From the NCBI GenBank assembly GCA_963745075.1, contig CAVUWV010000014.1, positions 292,344 through 356,343 on the forward strand: a stretch of 64,000 bases of DNA, in the 5' to 3' direction. Made by a program: the position numbers and the translations under genes. The stretch is from Candidatus Hydrogenedentota bacterium. Its GTDB lineage: Bacteria > Hydrogenedentota > Hydrogenedentia > Hydrogenedentales > SLHB01. Positions 61,802 through 64,000 of the stretch are shown piece after piece; positions within the stretch are counted from its first letter, which is position 1, and each line of letters opens with the position of its first letter. Under the pieces are notes generated by a model. The model saw only the letters and a list, made by a program, of their open reading frames with translations. It did not search any database and was not told where the DNA came from.

Positions 61802-61885
61802 AGCCGCACACGGTAGAAGAATGCTTGCGCCGAGTAATGCGGGATTGGCAACTAAACGGCGGAACCAGGGTAACAGATATCTCAT
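60836..61885 (-). CDS. Exported amidohydrolase (Amidohydro_2 family) copy 1
   Basis: Signal peptide ending PCAA-QT; INIHEH, GLKLY, FHVNP, CPHF and FMFGTD; GAGG upstream. Confidence 0.86.
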   Translation of the reverse strand: MRYLLPWFRRLVANPALLGASILLPCAAQTINIHEHIQSEAEVPKLLAVMDALGIERTVLVGSSWFTITLNEDVGFTRYDENNEALLRIVERYPGRFEAWPTVNPEDPDMLAKFQSLVDRGATGLKLYLGHGFKSKKTGKYFFHTRPLDDPKMLPLYAYCEKHFVPVCFHVNPGPKTPGFAEEFIAVLTQFPDLKVICPHFMLSSIKDSRLREFLDTFPNLYSDISFGHDDYLKAGLKRISRDPAKYRGLFMTYPDRFMFGTDCVITANERKDETWIRARYRSYLDMLRKETYQTPLLPRQTLHGLNLAPDLLDRILHANYETFLARKPTSTQITRTIDWSHMGVAQTK

Positions 61886-61967
61886 AATGTCCTCGGAGGC
61901 TGATCTTTGAGTCGTAGCCTTCGGCTCGGTCTGACCAACTTAACTATCTTAACTATTAGCCGCAACC

Positions 61968-63971
61968 CTAATGACGCCGTTTCACAACGATGATTAGTAA
62001 GAGACCGAGACCGAGCAAAGAAATAACGGACGCGAAAATCACGACGAGAAGGTTGCGGTTCCAGCTGGAACGGCTTTTTGCCGACGAGGATTGACCGCCA
62101 ACATCGCCGTCTTCGAGACGTAGGTCTTGTGGATCTCGTGCCGGTGCTTCGACGTAAGTACGAGGCGCGGCAGCCCTCTCCACACGACGGGGAATCGTTG
62201 TCTTCGTCGGTTTGGGCTCGCGACTGTCAGATGACTGTCGGCCACCTGGAGGCGATGTGTCGCCCAGCGAACCCACCGTTTGCTGCTTACCACGACGCAA
62301 CAAGGCAAGACTGGGTGAGAGGGCGTGTAGCGAGCTACTTCCTGTGCTTTCCCTTTGGATGAGGCCCCGCATTGAGAAACCTCCCTGGTCGACTTCTCCC
62401 AGAGTACTGTCTCGAAAGATGAATTCAGTTATCTTTCCGTATCGGTCTCCATCATCGTGTCGCAAGTAGAACAATCGAGCTGGCTCCCATTGGCCCTCAA
62501 ACTCCAATTCCGTCACGTATCCTTTTTGGGGGGCAACGGTCATAAGAGAATCCGCAGTTCCGCCCTGCACCGGGTCCGGGCCGGGCGCAAGACTCCATCC
62601 GTTTCGAGCTTTGATGCGAATGCGCCATTGGGAAGTGTTGTATTCAGGCACAGTTTCCGATGTCGGAACGTCCTCCTCTCGCCGAACGGTCGTACCCGTT
62701 CTCGAGAACTCGAACCATAAATCAGCGTCTTGTTCGTTTTCGACTACCGGATAGTTGGAACCTACAGTTTCTTTGATTTGAACCCCGACATCCAGGCGAT
62801 CACGCGATTCCTTCCACCAGCCCGAAGCCGCGGTCAATTTGAACATCGGTACCGCTTCGGGCGCTTGATCTAAAACGATTTCAGTCGTGCCCTTTGGGAC
62901 ATCGCCCGCCCGCCACTTCCTCATAAGAGAGAAATAACCCTCTGCCTCAATCCGGATCAATACCGATCCAGGTGTTTCAATTTCGAACTCGCCGTCCCCG
63001 TCCGTCATTCCATCGAATCGTTTGAAGGCTGGCTCCAAGTTCATCATCGTCGTGGGTTCGCGGACCTCTCCCGAGACTATCGCGTTCGGAATAGGGACTC
63101 CCGCATTATTTACTACTCGAATCTTGAGCGTTTTGCCTCGAAGTAGCGCGTTCTTAGCGCGTACACGTTCCTGAAGTTTGGTGTCGTCGCGCACGCTAGG
63201 GGCCACTGGTTCATGCACGTAGCGTTCACCATTGTAAGAGTACACCACCTCGCTCCCGCTATGGGTAGCGGTTACCACGATGTCATTGAAGTCCCCTGAA
63301 ACGGTCTTACGAAAATCCAATTTACATCGTGGAGTTTCCACATAGACTTTCCCTGTAACGTCAGTAATTTCTTTCGACAATATACACCTGAAGGGTAGCG
63401 CAAGAGACGGTATTTGATACAGATCTGCCACGGTGCATGCAATGACCTCCCGGGGCGCGTCTACGTAATAGACTGCCCGGTAGGTCAAAAGAAGCTGCTC
63501 GGCTCCATCGCCGATCATTGGTTCAAATTTCGCGTTCGATAGGTTTACCGTCACTGCACCGCGACCTATCTCAATATGATCTACGGTGTTGGTGCTGGTC
63601 CTGTCTGCAATAATAAGGGTGGGTGTTATGATTTGTTCTGGCAATTGCTCTTTTCCAGCTAGGTATGAGCGAATCCACGTAGAGTCGATTTCGTCAGGAT
63701 TTGGCGTCAGGACAAAGAATGACCACTTTGGATGTGTCTTTGTTCTTGGTAACACACTTCTTAGGAAGAAACCGTACTCAGCGGGCCCAATGTCTCCAAT
63801 TTGCCCTTCATAGGAGCCCTCTGAATCACCATACCGATTAAGTGAAATTGTCGAATCTGGATAGATTTGGCCAAGCACACATTTTGCATATTCTTCGCCA
63901 TCTGACTGCTCATTGAAATGGGCGGCACCCAACATCACACAAATGACGCTATAGAACAAGGGCAATTTCAT
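61968..63971 (-). CDS. Exported, C-terminally membrane-anchored protein with carboxypeptidase-regulatory-like domain; candidate immunity protein (paralog of 52295..54316)
   Basis: Signal peptide; shares PKWS, IGDG..QLL, AP.AVPMF, WWKE.RD, DLWFE, GW..APGP, AP..GYV.EL.F and RYGK with its paralog; TM and KRRH tail. Confidence 0.65.
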   Translation of the reverse strand: MKLPLFYSVICVMLGAAHFNEQSDGEEYAKCVLGQIYPDSTISLNRYGDSEGSYEGQIGDIGPAEYGFFLRSVLPRTKTHPKWSFFVLTPNPDEIDSTWIRSYLAGKEQLPEQIITPTLIIADRTSTNTVDHIEIGRGAVTVNLSNAKFEPMIGDGAEQLLLTYRAVYYVDAPREVIACTVADLYQIPSLALPFRCILSKEITDVTGKVYVETPRCKLDFRKTVSGDFNDIVVTATHSGSEVVYSYNGERYVHEPVAPSVRDDTKLQERVRAKNALLRGKTLKIRVVNNAGVPIPNAIVSGEVREPTTMMNLEPAFKRFDGMTDGDGEFEIETPGSVLIRIEAEGYFSLMRKWRAGDVPKGTTEIVLDQAPEAVPMFKLTAASGWWKESRDRLDVGVQIKETVGSNYPVVENEQDADLWFEFSRTGTTVRREEDVPTSETVPEYNTSQWRIRIKARNGWSLAPGPDPVQGGTADSLMTVAPQKGYVTELEFEGQWEPARLFYLRHDDGDRYGKITEFIFRDSTLGEVDQGGFSMRGLIQRESTGSSSLHALSPSLALLRRGKQQTVGSLGDTSPPGGRQSSDSREPKPTKTTIPRRVERAAAPRTYVEAPARDPQDLRLEDGDVGGQSSSAKSRSSWNRNLLVVIFASVISLLGLGLLLIIVVKRRH

Positions 63972-64000
63972 TTGCTCGAATTCCTGTTTCTGATTCGTCT

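Noticed and set aside
51795..64000. CRISPR array, integron, DGR or prophage as an explanation for the repeats
   Set aside because: There is no short repeat-spacer pattern, attC-like site, integrase, reverse transcriptase or phage gene in the window. The repeats are kb-scale coding sequence, and the differences are not adenine-specific.
1..64000. tRNA, rRNA or IS transposase genes
   Set aside because: None were recognised by eye; a covariance-model or ISfinder search would be needed to exclude them fully.

Overview
GC-rich bacterial chromosomal segment. The EA/GE linkers, membrane-tailed ECF sigma factor and many exported glycan enzymes fit a Hydrogenedentota/PVC-like organism, but this is inference only. 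Positions 1-51.6 kb hold mostly ordinary genes: HD phosphohydrolase, GH2, O-antigen-ligase/TPR protein, GAF kinase, M28 and C26 hydrolases, a two-permease RND system, a sugar-acid-type operon (SDR, HAD, PdxB, VOC, LarA-family, PPi-PFK), protease, phosphoesterase, ECF sigma, a DUF2442/DUF4160 pair, radical SAM, a HK/HD-GYP/HDOD signalling triad, sialidase-like protein, nucleotidyltransferases and leuA. Intergenic REP-like palindromes occur, and several single-base frameshifts may be assembly errors. The standout is 51.8-64 kb: a tandem array resembling polymorphic toxin/immunity cassettes. AT-richer variable modules (a DUF3238-like tip with a HEAT protein; an alpha/beta-hydrolase tip with a membrane-anchored partner) are bracketed by a ~1.87 kb direct repeat made of a complete exported amidohydrolase gene plus a constant 'stalk' coding region. 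A third, internally deleted amidohydrolase copy closes the array next to leuA, and the array runs off the right edge.
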